Below are positions 33,252-42,795 of a stretch of 60,229 nt of DNA, in pieces. The DNA lies in NCBI GenBank assembly GCA_034520665.1, contig JAXHNJ010000002.1, positions 1 to 60,229 on the forward strand, given 5' to 3'. Both the position numbers and the translations under genes were made by a program. The first letter of the stretch is position 1. Each line of letters opens with the position of its first letter. This DNA is from Patescibacteria group bacterium (GTDB taxonomy: Bacteria; Patescibacteriota; Patescibacteriia; JAXHNJ01). The notes beneath the pieces were generated by a model that was given only the letters and a program-made list of their open reading frames with translations, was not told the origin of the DNA and did not search any database.

Positions 33252-33938
33252 ATGAATAATAATAAAATATATATTATCATACCAGCCTTTAATGAAGCTC
33301 AAACCATTGGTAATGTTTTAAATGATTTAAAAGATAAATATTCTAATATTGTAGTAGTTGATGACGCTTCTGATGATAACACGGCAAAAATCGCTAAAAG
33401 TATGGGGGTTATTGTTTTAGAACATTTAATCAATCGCGGACAGGGAGCCGCTCTAAAAACCGGCATTAATTACGCTTTAAATAATAAAGCTGATGTTATT
33501 GTCACTTTTGACGCTGACGGCCAACATCAAACAGATGATATTGAGAAACTAATAAAGCCTATTATAGAAGATAATTTTGACGTAACCTTGGGCTCTAGAT
33601 TTCTTAATTCCGATTCTGTAAAAAAAATACCGCCCTTAAAAAAAATTATTTTAAAAACTGGTTTAATTTTTACCAAAGCCTTCTCTCATTTAAAGATTAC
33701 TGATACCCATAATGGTTTACGGGCTTTTTCTAACCAGGCAGCTCAAAAAATTATAATTAGACAAGATCGTATGGCCCATGCTTCAGAAATATTAGATGAA
33801 ATATCCAGAAATAATATTAAATATAAAGAAATTCCGGTAACTATTCATTATACAGATTATTCAAAATCAAAAGGTCAAAGCTCTTTAGCTTTTGGCAAAA
33901 TATTATTCAAATACTTTATTGGTAAATTAATGAAATGA
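33252..33938 (+). CDS. GT2 polyprenyl-phosphate glycosyltransferase (DPM1/GtrB/ArnC-like)
   Basis: IIIPAFNEAQTIG, VVVDDASDDNT, TFDADGQH and TDTHNGLRAF motifs. Confidence 0.85.
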   Translation: MNNNKIYIIIPAFNEAQTIGNVLNDLKDKYSNIVVVDDASDDNTAKIAKSMGVIVLEHLINRGQGAALKTGINYALNNKADVIVTFDADGQHQTDDIEKLIKPIIEDNFDVTLGSRFLNSDSVKKIPPLKKIILKTGLIFTKAFSHLKITDTHNGLRAFSNQAAQKIIIRQDRMAHASEILDEISRNNIKYKEIPVTIHYTDYSKSKGQSSLAFGKILFKYFIGKLMK

Positions 33939-34288
33939 TTATAAAAATAATAATTAGTGTTCTAGTCTTATTTTTCATTTCTCGAGTCTATTTAAGATTC
34001 CGAGACGGTTCTTTAAGTTTATTAGCATTTATCATTTGGGTTTTACTCTGGTCTGGTATTACTTTTTTTACCTGGTGGCCGAGATTTAGTGATTTTATTG
34101 CTAATAAAATAGGTGTTGGTCGCGGGGTTGATGTTTTAGTTTATTTTTCTATTATCTTTCTTTTTTATAGCGTTTTTCGTATATATATCAAACTAGAATT
34201 TATTGAACATGAAATCACTTCATTAGTCAGAAATATAGCTTACAAACAAAAAAGAAAAAATAAAAATGAAGATATTAATAATCACTGA
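33935..34288 (+). CDS. DUF2304 family small membrane protein
   Basis: 117 aa with 4 TM segments. The IGVGRGVDVLVY motif matches the family signature, and it shows the typical pairing with a GT2. It overlaps the GT2 stop by 4 nt. Confidence 0.75.
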   Translation: MIIKIIISVLVLFFISRVYLRFRDGSLSLLAFIIWVLLWSGITFFTWWPRFSDFIANKIGVGRGVDVLVYFSIIFLFYSVFRIYIKLEFIEHEITSLVRNIAYKQKRKNKNEDINNH

Positions 34289-35405
34289 GTTTTTTCCCAA
34301 ATCAGAAAAGGGTGAATTACGGGGAGGTGTAGAAGCTCGGGCTTTTTACATGGCTAAATATTTAGCCGAAAAATATGAAACTCATATTATTTGCTCTAGA
34401 GAACCCCATACCTCAGAAGAGGATAATATAAACAATATAAAAATACATCGCTGTGGGCCTATTAGAAATTACACCCAAGGCGGTTCAATAACAAAGCGTC
34501 TGAGTTTTATTTATCAGACCATTAAAAAAGCGCGTAATATAAAACCTGACTTAGTTGATGGATATAATTGGATTTGTTATTTGGCGACTTTAAAAATTGC
34601 TAAAAAATTAAATATACCATCTATAGCCACTTATCATGATGTTTGGATCGGAGATTGGATCAAAAATATGGGTTTAATTTCCGGAATTTTAGGCAGCATT
34701 ATGGAAAAATATATTCTTTCAAAAAAATGGTCACTGTTTATCGCTAATAGCAAAGTTACAAAAAATAAATTAATTAAACAAAATATTAAAGCAGATAAAA
34801 TAAGCGTGGTCTATAATGGTGTGGATTTTAAAAAATTCAATAATATTAATACTCAAAAAGATGTAGAGCCAACAATTTGCTATATTGGTCGTTTAGTAAA
34901 ATACAAAAAAGTGGATATATTAATTAAAGCTCTAAAAAAAATAAAAAATAATTTGCCACAAATAAAACTAAAAATAATCGGCAGCGGCCCGGAAATAAAT
35001 AAAATAAAGACTTTAGCTAAAAATTTAGATTTGGAAAATAATATCACATTTCTTGGATTTATTAAAAATCATGAAAAAGTCATCGCTCATTTGAAAAAAT
35101 CTCATGTTTTTTGTCTTCCCTCTATTGTCGAGGGTTTTGGTATGGTAGCTGTGGAAGCTATGGCTGCTGGCATCCCTTATGTATGCACTAATATTCCCCC
35201 AATTAGAGAGGCCACTAAAAACGGAAAAGGTGGTTTACTTTTTGAAAAAAATAATATAAATGATTTAAAAAATAAACTGCTTAAAATTTTACTTGATAAT
35301 CAGCTCTACCAGTCTTTAGCAAATGAAGGACCTGTTTACACTAAAAGATATGATTGGTCTAAGATAGGACAAGAATTAGAAAAAACTTATTATAATTTAG
35401 TATGA
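34266..35405 (+). CDS. GT4 (Glycos_transf_1) glycosyltransferase
   Basis: C-terminal PSIVEGFGMVAVEAMAAGIPYV motif (E-x7-E type). Confidence 0.85.
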   Translation: MKILIITEFFPKSEKGELRGGVEARAFYMAKYLAEKYETHIICSREPHTSEEDNINNIKIHRCGPIRNYTQGGSITKRLSFIYQTIKKARNIKPDLVDGYNWICYLATLKIAKKLNIPSIATYHDVWIGDWIKNMGLISGILGSIMEKYILSKKWSLFIANSKVTKNKLIKQNIKADKISVVYNGVDFKKFNNINTQKDVEPTICYIGRLVKYKKVDILIKALKKIKNNLPQIKLKIIGSGPEINKIKTLAKNLDLENNITFLGFIKNHEKVIAHLKKSHVFCLPSIVEGFGMVAVEAMAAGIPYVCTNIPPIREATKNGKGGLLFEKNNINDLKNKLLKILLDNQLYQSLANEGPVYTKRYDWSKIGQELEKTYYNLV

Positions 35406-36421
35406 AAATAGCTTTACTGACAGCTACATTTTCTAAATTTAGCGGTATTGACCGCGTAGTTGAAATGCAGGCTAAAAAATTAGCCTCGCAAGGACATAAA
35501 GTATTAATTTTAACTCTGGAGTCTGATTTAAAATTAATAAAAGATAGTATAAAAATTATTAATTTGAAAATGCCAAAAAATATTTTTTGGCAAAGAATTT
35601 ATCGTCTTTTATTTTTTTTAGATTTTAAAAAAATAAATAAAGCGGCTGAATTAGTTAGAGATTACGATAAAATATACAGCCATCAATATCCGATGAATTT
35701 AATCGCTTTAAAAGCAAAAAATAAATTTGGTGCTAAATATATCTATTATAACCATGGCCTGGCTCCAGCTGAAACATTTAATAATTTATTTGAAAAAATA
35801 TACATTATAATTTTTAGATTTCTAACCAATATAACCGCCAAAAAAGCGGACCAGGCTATATCAATTAGTAAATATTTATCTAAAATACTTAAAAAGGAAA
35901 CCGGACTTGAAAGCGATATAATCTATGATACTATTGATAAGAAAAAATTTAATGAAAATTTATCGGGCCATAAAATTAGAAACAAATATAATTTAAATAG
36001 TAATCCAATAATTCTATATGTCGGACGTATTTCACCCCATAAAGGTATTCATCTTTTAATCAAAGCTTTTAATAAAGTTTTAAAAAAAGTTCCTAAGGCT
36101 CACCTACTCATCGTTGGTAAAGAAACATTTTCTGGCTACAGTAATAAATTAAAATCTTTATCAAAGAAAAATGTTCATTTTACTGGTTACGTGTCTGATT
36201 CTGACTTGCCTTTGTATTACGCAGCCGCTGATATTTATGCTTCAGCCAGTTTATGGGAAGGGTTTAACTTACCCCTTCTAGAAGCACAAACTTGCGGCCT
36301 ACCAGTTATTGTCTTTGATATAGGGCCTCATTCTGAAGTTATTGATAAAAATGGTATTCTTGTTGATAAAAAAAATATACCAGCGTTTGCCAAAGCCTTA
36401 GAAATAGGAATAAAAAAATAA
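35402..36421 (+). CDS. GT4 glycosyltransferase
   Basis: YVGRISPHKG and SLWEGFNLPLLEAQTCGLPVI motifs. Shares a 4-nt overlap with the previous gene. Confidence 0.85.
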   Translation: MKIALLTATFSKFSGIDRVVEMQAKKLASQGHKVLILTLESDLKLIKDSIKIINLKMPKNIFWQRIYRLLFFLDFKKINKAAELVRDYDKIYSHQYPMNLIALKAKNKFGAKYIYYNHGLAPAETFNNLFEKIYIIIFRFLTNITAKKADQAISISKYLSKILKKETGLESDIIYDTIDKKKFNENLSGHKIRNKYNLNSNPIILYVGRISPHKGIHLLIKAFNKVLKKVPKAHLLIVGKETFSGYSNKLKSLSKKNVHFTGYVSDSDLPLYYAAADIYASASLWEGFNLPLLEAQTCGLPVIVFDIGPHSEVIDKNGILVDKKNIPAFAKALEIGIKK

Positions 36422-36437
36422 TATTATAAAAGAAAAG

Positions 36438-37943
36438 ATGTTTATTAGTAAAAAAAATTTATTAAAGATAAGTATTTATATTATTATTTTCGCATTAATT
36501 TCTATTTTTTATTTTTCTTTAATTCCAAAATTTAATGGATTTCCCACTGGTACTGATGCCGCTGCTCATATTACCTGGGCTCGTTCCATAGCTGACGGTT
36601 CTTATCCTCCAAATTATTTATGGAAAGGAGAAAATCCTAGTCCCTACCCTTTGCCAGAAATAATTTTTGCCTTTATACATAAAACTACTAATTATCCACT
36701 GATAAAGTTATTTCCTATTATTGTTGTTATATTTATTTTAATTAATATATTTATTGCTTCATTAATTGCTAAAAATATATTTGGTTATTTTTCTGGTATA
36801 GTCACTCTAATCCTAGGAGCTGGTTTTCCCTTTTTATCTGATCATTTAACTGTTGGCACAATGCCAGAAATTTTTGGTATGATTGTATTCTTATTAATGA
36901 TATATTGTTTTGTATTAAAAAAATATTATTATATCCCTTTATTATTCATTATCGGACTATTTTCTCATCCCTTTGTCGGTCTTATTTCGACGGCTATTTT
37001 TGTCTCTATTTTACCATTTTCTTTATTATCAAATAAATTTAGAATTTATATTAATAAGAAAAAGAAGTTTATTTTTTTTATTATTTTATCTATTATTTTA
37101 TTAGCAGTTTTATTTTTAATATTTAGAGAATCTCTTATAAGAATGCGGTTATTTAATATGCTCCTTGCTGATACATTAATTATCAGTGGAGGAAAGAGTT
37201 ACTTACCAATTGAATTAATTAATAAAATAAAAATTTTACCAATTTTCTATATATTTTCATTATTAGGTATTATAGCTTTATTATTTAAAAAAAATTCCAT
37301 TAATAAAAAAATTGTTATATTTTTTATCCCAGTTATTTTATTGCTTTGTTTCAATCATCTTTTATATATTAATATAGAACCCTATCGTTTTATTCCCTAT
37401 TTAGAAATCATGATTTCTATTTTTGCCAGTGGTGGTATTTTATTTTTAATTAATAAACTAAGTTTTTTTTTCAAAAGAAGAAAAATCTATTTACTTTTTA
37501 TTTTTCTTACCCTCTTATTCCCATTACTCTTAGTTATTGAAAATCATAACCGCATACAAAAAATTATTAACTGGTACTCAAATCCAGAAAGTATGGCAAA
37601 ACTCCCCCAAGAAGATTTAAAAGTCATGCAATGGATTAACAAAGAAAATATAATAAGTAATAAAGATTATATTTGCAGTCTTTATAAATGGGGCTATTGG
37701 ATTCCGGCTATAGCTCAAAAAAAAGTTATCTTTGGTGGTTATGAAAAAGTAAGTAAAGATACTGCCGAAGGATGTAATCAACTATACTTAAAAACAAATA
37801 AAGAAGAAATACAAAAAATTGCTAAAAAAGAAAATCTAAAATATATTTATTTTTCTTCCCACCAAACAACAAATCCAGAAATAATAAAAAACTTTGAGCT
37901 TCTCTATCAAGAAGGGAAAGCTGCTATTTATAAATTATATTGA
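36438..37943 (+). CDS. polytopic membrane protein, GT-C-like (putative glycan transferase/polymerase)
   Basis: 501 aa with more than 10 TM segments. It has an early-loop GTDAAAH motif and a C-terminal soluble domain. The family assignment is tentative. Confidence 0.55.
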   Translation: MFISKKNLLKISIYIIIFALISIFYFSLIPKFNGFPTGTDAAAHITWARSIADGSYPPNYLWKGENPSPYPLPEIIFAFIHKTTNYPLIKLFPIIVVIFILINIFIASLIAKNIFGYFSGIVTLILGAGFPFLSDHLTVGTMPEIFGMIVFLLMIYCFVLKKYYYIPLLFIIGLFSHPFVGLISTAIFVSILPFSLLSNKFRIYINKKKKFIFFIILSIILLAVLFLIFRESLIRMRLFNMLLADTLIISGGKSYLPIELINKIKILPIFYIFSLLGIIALLFKKNSINKKIVIFFIPVILLLCFNHLLYINIEPYRFIPYLEIMISIFASGGILFLINKLSFFFKRRKIYLLFIFLTLLFPLLLVIENHNRIQKIINWYSNPESMAKLPQEDLKVMQWINKENIISNKDYICSLYKWGYWIPAIAQKKVIFGGYEKVSKDTAEGCNQLYLKTNKEEIQKIAKKENLKYIYFSSHQTTNPEIIKNFELLYQEGKAAIYKLY

Positions 37944-37944
37944 T

Positions 37945-38205
37945 ATGAAATTATTTATAAACTTCATTATAATAATTATTTTTTTATTCTGCTTTTCCCG
38001 TAAAAAAGATGTTTTTATAATAGTAGCTTCAATAATAATGACTTTTTTTCTTATTTTTAGGCTTAATTTTGCTCAAATTTTCCAATATTTAATAAATTCT
38101 GGCCTAAGTACTGTTATTTCTTTAATCCTAGGCATATTTATTTTAAGCCTTATAACTTTAATAAACTTTATTTTGTTAAAAAAAATAAAAAAATTATTTA
38201 TTTAG
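37945..38205 (+). CDS. small 3-TM membrane protein
   Basis: The ATG lies 1 nt after the upstream stop and is in frame with track ORF 37894..38205. Confidence 0.4.
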   Translation: MKLFINFIIIIIFLFCFSRKKDVFIIVASIIMTFFLIFRLNFAQIFQYLINSGLSTVISLILGIFILSLITLINFILLKKIKKLFI

Positions 38206-39331
38206 ACATTATCTCCTGATAATATTTATAAGTTTTATCAGCTATTTTTGACCAAATAAATTTTCCATTTATTTTTTTAGTACCACCTTTTATTTTGCTT
38301 ATTAATTTTTTATTATTGTAGAGCTGAAATATTTTTTCTCTTAAATCTTTTTCAGAATTATATAAAAGCATATTTTCTTTATCCCTAAAAATTTCATTTT
38401 CTGGTCCTTTTTTTGTTATCACTGGAAGGTTATGAGCCAGTGCTGTCAAAAGACTACCTCTTCTCAAGGTCGCTCCTTCCTTATAGGGTAAAACACAAAT
38501 GTTAAGAACGCTTAGTATTTTCGATACCTCTCTGGCTGATAGATAGCCAGTTATTTTTATACTATTTTCTAAATTGTTATTTTCAATATACTTCAGTAAT
38601 TTACAATGATAATTATTGTTTCTATTTAATTCTCCAATTATTATTAATTTAAAAATTTTATTTTTTGCATTATTCATAAAATTAAATAGTTCTTCTAAAC
38701 CCTTACTTGAATCAACAAACCCAAAATATCCCAGAAGAAATTTATATCCCTTTAATAATTCTAATTTTTTTTCTTGTAATTTATTTTTTTCAAAATTAAC
38801 TTTTTCAATATTTGAACCGATGTGAATTATCTTATTAGGCTTATTATTTTTATTTACAAGTAAGGCATTTTTTTCATTTTGAGATGTAAAAATAAGATAA
38901 TCAGAAAATAATACCAATAATCTAATCCAAGGTTTTGCATACCAAGGTGACTGTGAATACTCATGTATTGTAGTCATAATTTTCTTATTTTTAAAATACC
39001 CTTTTAAAATAGCCGGTAAGATAAACTGAAACAAATTTTTCCCGTATTTTTTAGAAGGATGCTGAAAATGAATAATATCAGGATTATTTTTTTTTATTAT
39101 GGCCTTGATTTTATTAAAGGAAAAAATGTTCCATTTTTTAATTATAGGGTAAATTTTAAGATCATCAGGAGTTTTTTTATTAATATATGAATTATTTCCT
39201 GTAATAACAGAAATTTTTATATTTGGATAATTTTTAAGGCTTAAAAGTAATTTCCATGTATAATCGGCAATGCCACACTTCGTTGGAGGCAGATTGCCTA
39301 CAATTAAACATATCTTTAAATTATTATTCAT
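38198..39331 (-). CDS. GT4-like glycosyltransferase
   Basis: Two Rossmann-like halves and a degenerate C-terminal motif, LPYKEGATLRRGSLLTALAHNLPVI. Confidence 0.75.
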   Translation of the reverse strand: MNNNLKICLIVGNLPPTKCGIADYTWKLLLSLKNYPNIKISVITGNNSYINKKTPDDLKIYPIIKKWNIFSFNKIKAIIKKNNPDIIHFQHPSKKYGKNLFQFILPAILKGYFKNKKIMTTIHEYSQSPWYAKPWIRLLVLFSDYLIFTSQNEKNALLVNKNNKPNKIIHIGSNIEKVNFEKNKLQEKKLELLKGYKFLLGYFGFVDSSKGLEELFNFMNNAKNKIFKLIIIGELNRNNNYHCKLLKYIENNNLENSIKITGYLSAREVSKILSVLNICVLPYKEGATLRRGSLLTALAHNLPVITKKGPENEIFRDKENMLLYNSEKDLREKIFQLYNNKKLISKIKGGTKKINGKFIWSKIADKTYKYYQEIMSK

Positions 39332-40236
39332 ATATTTTGTTTCCCCATTTTATTTTGGAAAAAATCTTTTTGGGCTTTTACTAAGACTTTTATTTTTTCT
39401 TTGGCTTTGAATTTATATTTAAAAATCCAAAAAATAATATAAAGAATAGATTTCAGAAAATAGTAAATATAAAATACTAAAAAATGTAAAGGATTAAAAA
39501 ATTTACTAGCAAAAAATAAATTATTACGCCAATAATAATAAATTAATACTGGAGAATTTTTAACCATAGTACTAGAAACTTTGTGCCAAACTTTAGACTT
39601 AGGAGTAAATAAAATCCGAAAATTATCTTTTGTGGCCCGCCAGCAAAAATCACTTTCTTCAAAAGTTAGAAAATACTTTTCGTCTAAAAATCCAATTCTA
39701 TTAAAAACATCTTTTTTTATCATCATACTACAACCAGAGGCTCTTTCTATTCCGTAAATTTTTTTGTATTTTTTAGCATCTTCTTCGTTCAATCCTATAT
39801 GACGACTTTCTCCATTAAATTTATTAAAATTTGCCCCGGCATACCAAATTTTATCTTTTTCACTATAATAATATATTTTTGAAGTTGTAATACCAATTTT
39901 TTTATCACTGAATGGCTTCAATAAACCCCTAATATAATTTTGACCGACTACTGTATCATTATTTAATAATACAACATAATCGGCATTATTTTTTAAAGCA
40001 TTTTTTATTCCCAAATTGTATCCACCAGCAAAGCCTAAATTATTTTTACTATATATAATTTTATATTTATAGCTAAAATGTTTATACAAAATATTATATT
40101 CGTTATTCTTAGAGTTATTATCAATAACTATAACTTTATAGTTTTCATATTTAATCCTTTTCAAAGATTGTAAACATTCTTTAGTATCAGAAAGTCCATT
40201 ATAATTTACTATTATTATGTATATTAAAGGTTGCAT
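39328..40236 (-). CDS. GT2 glycosyltransferase (rhamnosyltransferase-like)
   Basis: IIIVNYNGLSDTKECLQSL, VIVIDNNS and LLNNDT motifs. Confidence 0.8.
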   Translation of the reverse strand: MQPLIYIIIVNYNGLSDTKECLQSLKRIKYENYKVIVIDNNSKNNEYNILYKHFSYKYKIIYSKNNLGFAGGYNLGIKNALKNNADYVVLLNNDTVVGQNYIRGLLKPFSDKKIGITTSKIYYYSEKDKIWYAGANFNKFNGESRHIGLNEEDAKKYKKIYGIERASGCSMMIKKDVFNRIGFLDEKYFLTFEESDFCWRATKDNFRILFTPKSKVWHKVSSTMVKNSPVLIYYYWRNNLFFASKFFNPLHFLVFYIYYFLKSILYIIFWIFKYKFKAKEKIKVLVKAQKDFFQNKMGKQNI

Positions 40237-41018
40237 TAATTTTTTTTATTAAATATTTTAAACTTTAATTTATTGAATAAATTCCAATTTTTATGTTTAT
40301 AACTAATATTTTTTAAAGTAGCTCTTTGTTTTTTATAATTTCTCATCCAAGCATCAACTCTTTTTTCAAACAAATTTCCGGCATATCTCGGATATCTTTT
40401 GGAAAAAGGATGAATTTCATTATATATCCTTTTTTTAAAATCCTTCAATTTAATCATATAACACTGGTCGGAAAAATACCCTTCGGAAAGAAAATAATTG
40501 TCTTTTTCTTCTATTGACTCATTTTTAACTTCATTAAACTTCCCATCCCAGCAAGGATTAACGACTGATACGTTATCATTTTTAGTAAAAATTAATTTCC
40601 CTTCATCAATCCAATTATATTTTTTTTCCAAAATTGAATCTCCAGAAAAATGAACCAAGTAATCGGTTTTTGCGTAAAATATTTCAAAAAGTTCACAGAT
40701 ACTGTAAAGATATCCATCCTTATTTTTTTCAAAAAAACTTTTTCTCGAAATATTAAAAAAATCTAAAATATTATCTTCGTATTCTTCAACAAAAAAATAT
40801 CTATCTATTACCCCATTTCTTTTTTGTTTTAGGGCTGCCTCTTCTACTTTTTTTTTATTTTTTATATTATTTATAACTAATATTTTTTCATCAAAATTAT
40901 AATTATTTCTTTTAATCATTTTATCTAAAAAACCCGCCTCTAGAATTACAGACCAATCATTTTCCCAGCATTTGGTGGAAAAAGTAACAGAACTTTTTAT
41001 TTTTTCTTCAGCTTCCAT
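40236..41018 (-). CDS. uncharacterised soluble protein embedded between two GT2 genes
   Basis: Intact 260-aa ORF overlapping both neighbours. No recognisable motif beyond a possible acidic FSGDS segment. Confidence 0.5.
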   Translation of the reverse strand: MEAEEKIKSSVTFSTKCWENDWSVILEAGFLDKMIKRNNYNFDEKILVINNIKNKKKVEEAALKQKRNGVIDRYFFVEEYEDNILDFFNISRKSFFEKNKDGYLYSICELFEIFYAKTDYLVHFSGDSILEKKYNWIDEGKLIFTKNDNVSVVNPCWDGKFNEVKNESIEEKDNYFLSEGYFSDQCYMIKLKDFKKRIYNEIHPFSKRYPRYAGNLFEKRVDAWMRNYKKQRATLKNISYKHKNWNLFNKLKFKIFNKKN

Positions 41019-41758
41019 AGTTTTCGATAAGTTAAAAATTTGTATCTAAACATTAAACAACTTAATTTAAAGCCATACCATCCATCTAAAAATCCCTTTC
41101 CCAAAATAAAACGCCAAACAAATTCTTTTATTGGAAAATATATTAACTGCCAAATATAAAATTTTTTACCACTCGAATATAATTTCTTTGCCTCTATATT
41201 TGTATAGCGTCCAGTTTTTTCTTTAAAATGATCAACATCCCTATAATTGTAATGAATAACGGCATTTTTTTCTTTTGCTGGTAAATAATATTTACGCCCT
41301 TCTGAGTTTTCAAAATTATGAATATTATCCGTATACTGCATAAATTTTTTTTTAAAAAACCTTGGATGGTAATCAGGCCACCACTGAGTGTGTTTGATCC
41401 ATTTACCAAAAATAATATTTTTCCAGGGCAAGTAAACTACATCCGCTTTATCTTTTTCTGAAATATTTTTCAGAACACTAACTAATTGAGAAGGTAATCT
41501 TTCATCCGCATCCAGAACAAGCACCCAATCACCTTTAGCTTTAGAAAGTCCAAATTGTCGGGCCGGATCAGCATAATTCATTTTTTTATGAAAAAAAATT
41601 TTATCTGTATAATTACGAGATATATTAGCGGTTTTATCTTGGCTATACATATCAATAATAATAATTTCGTCGCACCATTTTAGTGTATCTAAACAGGCAG
41701 CGATATTTTTTTCTTCATTATAGGTATGAACAATACCTGATATTTTTATATGTCTCAT
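40997..41758 (-). CDS. GT2 glycosyltransferase (WaaE/KdtX-like)
   Basis: ISGIVHTYNEEKNIAACLD, IIIIDMYSQDKT and VLVLDADERLP motifs. Confidence 0.8.
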   Translation of the reverse strand: MRHIKISGIVHTYNEEKNIAACLDTLKWCDEIIIIDMYSQDKTANISRNYTDKIFFHKKMNYADPARQFGLSKAKGDWVLVLDADERLPSQLVSVLKNISEKDKADVVYLPWKNIIFGKWIKHTQWWPDYHPRFFKKKFMQYTDNIHNFENSEGRKYYLPAKEKNAVIHYNYRDVDHFKEKTGRYTNIEAKKLYSSGKKFYIWQLIYFPIKEFVWRFILGKGFLDGWYGFKLSCLMFRYKFLTYRKLWKLKKK

Positions 41759-41761
41759 AAT

Positions 41762-42793
41762 TTAATTTAAGTTATTAAGTATCTTTGAAGCCCTATTTTT
41801 ATAGGTATGTTTTTTTATTACAATTTTTCTAGCTTCATTAATCTTAGCCTTTCGAGATTTACTATTTTTAAGATAATATTTTACTAAATTTTTCAAATCT
41901 TCTAAATTTTCATAGCAAACTATCTCATTATTAGGAAACATTTCCTTTATTGCTTTTTTTTCTTCCGCTAATTGGAATCCACCAGCACTGGCAATTTCAA
42001 AAGTTCTTTGAGCAGTCGAGAGTCTATTTTGACCATGATGAATATTAATAATAATTTTTGATGCATTATATATCATATTGGTTTCCTTGGAACTAGTAAT
42101 TTTATTTTGAAATGAATTCTTTAGATTTGGGTATTTATCTATTATTTTTTTCCATCCAGGATCACCATATATTTTTAAATTATAATTACTGAGAGAATTA
42201 AGAATTTTGCCTCTTAATATTCCATTTTTATCGGCATTATAAGAATGGCCAACAAAAGCTATATCTGAACGAAAAAAATTATCAATTTTATTCTTTAATA
42301 ATGGATGATAAATTTCCTCATCAGTGGCATTGGGAATATAAGTTATTTTTCTAGCTCCTTTGTCAGTTAATAAATCAACATGACTGGGTTCAGTAATAAA
42401 AATATTATCATAATAAATAATCTTTTCCTTTAATTCTATAAAACGTCTTGGATCATCACCAATCCAATTAGCTAAAATAATTTCATTTTCTTTTAAAATT
42501 TGTAGGGTATTGGCTTCTATTTGCAGACCATTAAAAATTATTATTACTTGAGGTTTAAACTCCTTAGTTTTTCTAATTAATCTATTATTTATTTTTCTTT
42601 TATAAAATTGCTTCAATCTTTCAGAAATTATAGGAATATTAGCATCTCTTAAACTAAAAAATTTTTCATATAATGACTTATTTGGATAATTATAATACAT
42701 AACTTCTACTCTGTGCCCCAAATTTCGAAATGCCTTAGCATAGAAAAATTCTACATTTCCGTACCATTTTGTACCAACAATTAATATCTTCAT
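41762..42793 (-). CDS. CgeB-like glycosyltransferase (DUF3880 + Glyco_trans_1_2)
   Basis: Shows the family-typical layout and a C-terminal ..KKHTYKNRASKIL.. motif. Confidence 0.6.
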   Translation of the reverse strand: MKILIVGTKWYGNVEFFYAKAFRNLGHRVEVMYYNYPNKSLYEKFFSLRDANIPIISERLKQFYKRKINNRLIRKTKEFKPQVIIIFNGLQIEANTLQILKENEIILANWIGDDPRRFIELKEKIIYYDNIFITEPSHVDLLTDKGARKITYIPNATDEEIYHPLLKNKIDNFFRSDIAFVGHSYNADKNGILRGKILNSLSNYNLKIYGDPGWKKIIDKYPNLKNSFQNKITSSKETNMIYNASKIIINIHHGQNRLSTAQRTFEIASAGGFQLAEEKKAIKEMFPNNEIVCYENLEDLKNLVKYYLKNSKSRKAKINEARKIVIKKHTYKNRASKILNNLN

Positions 42794-42795
42794 AT

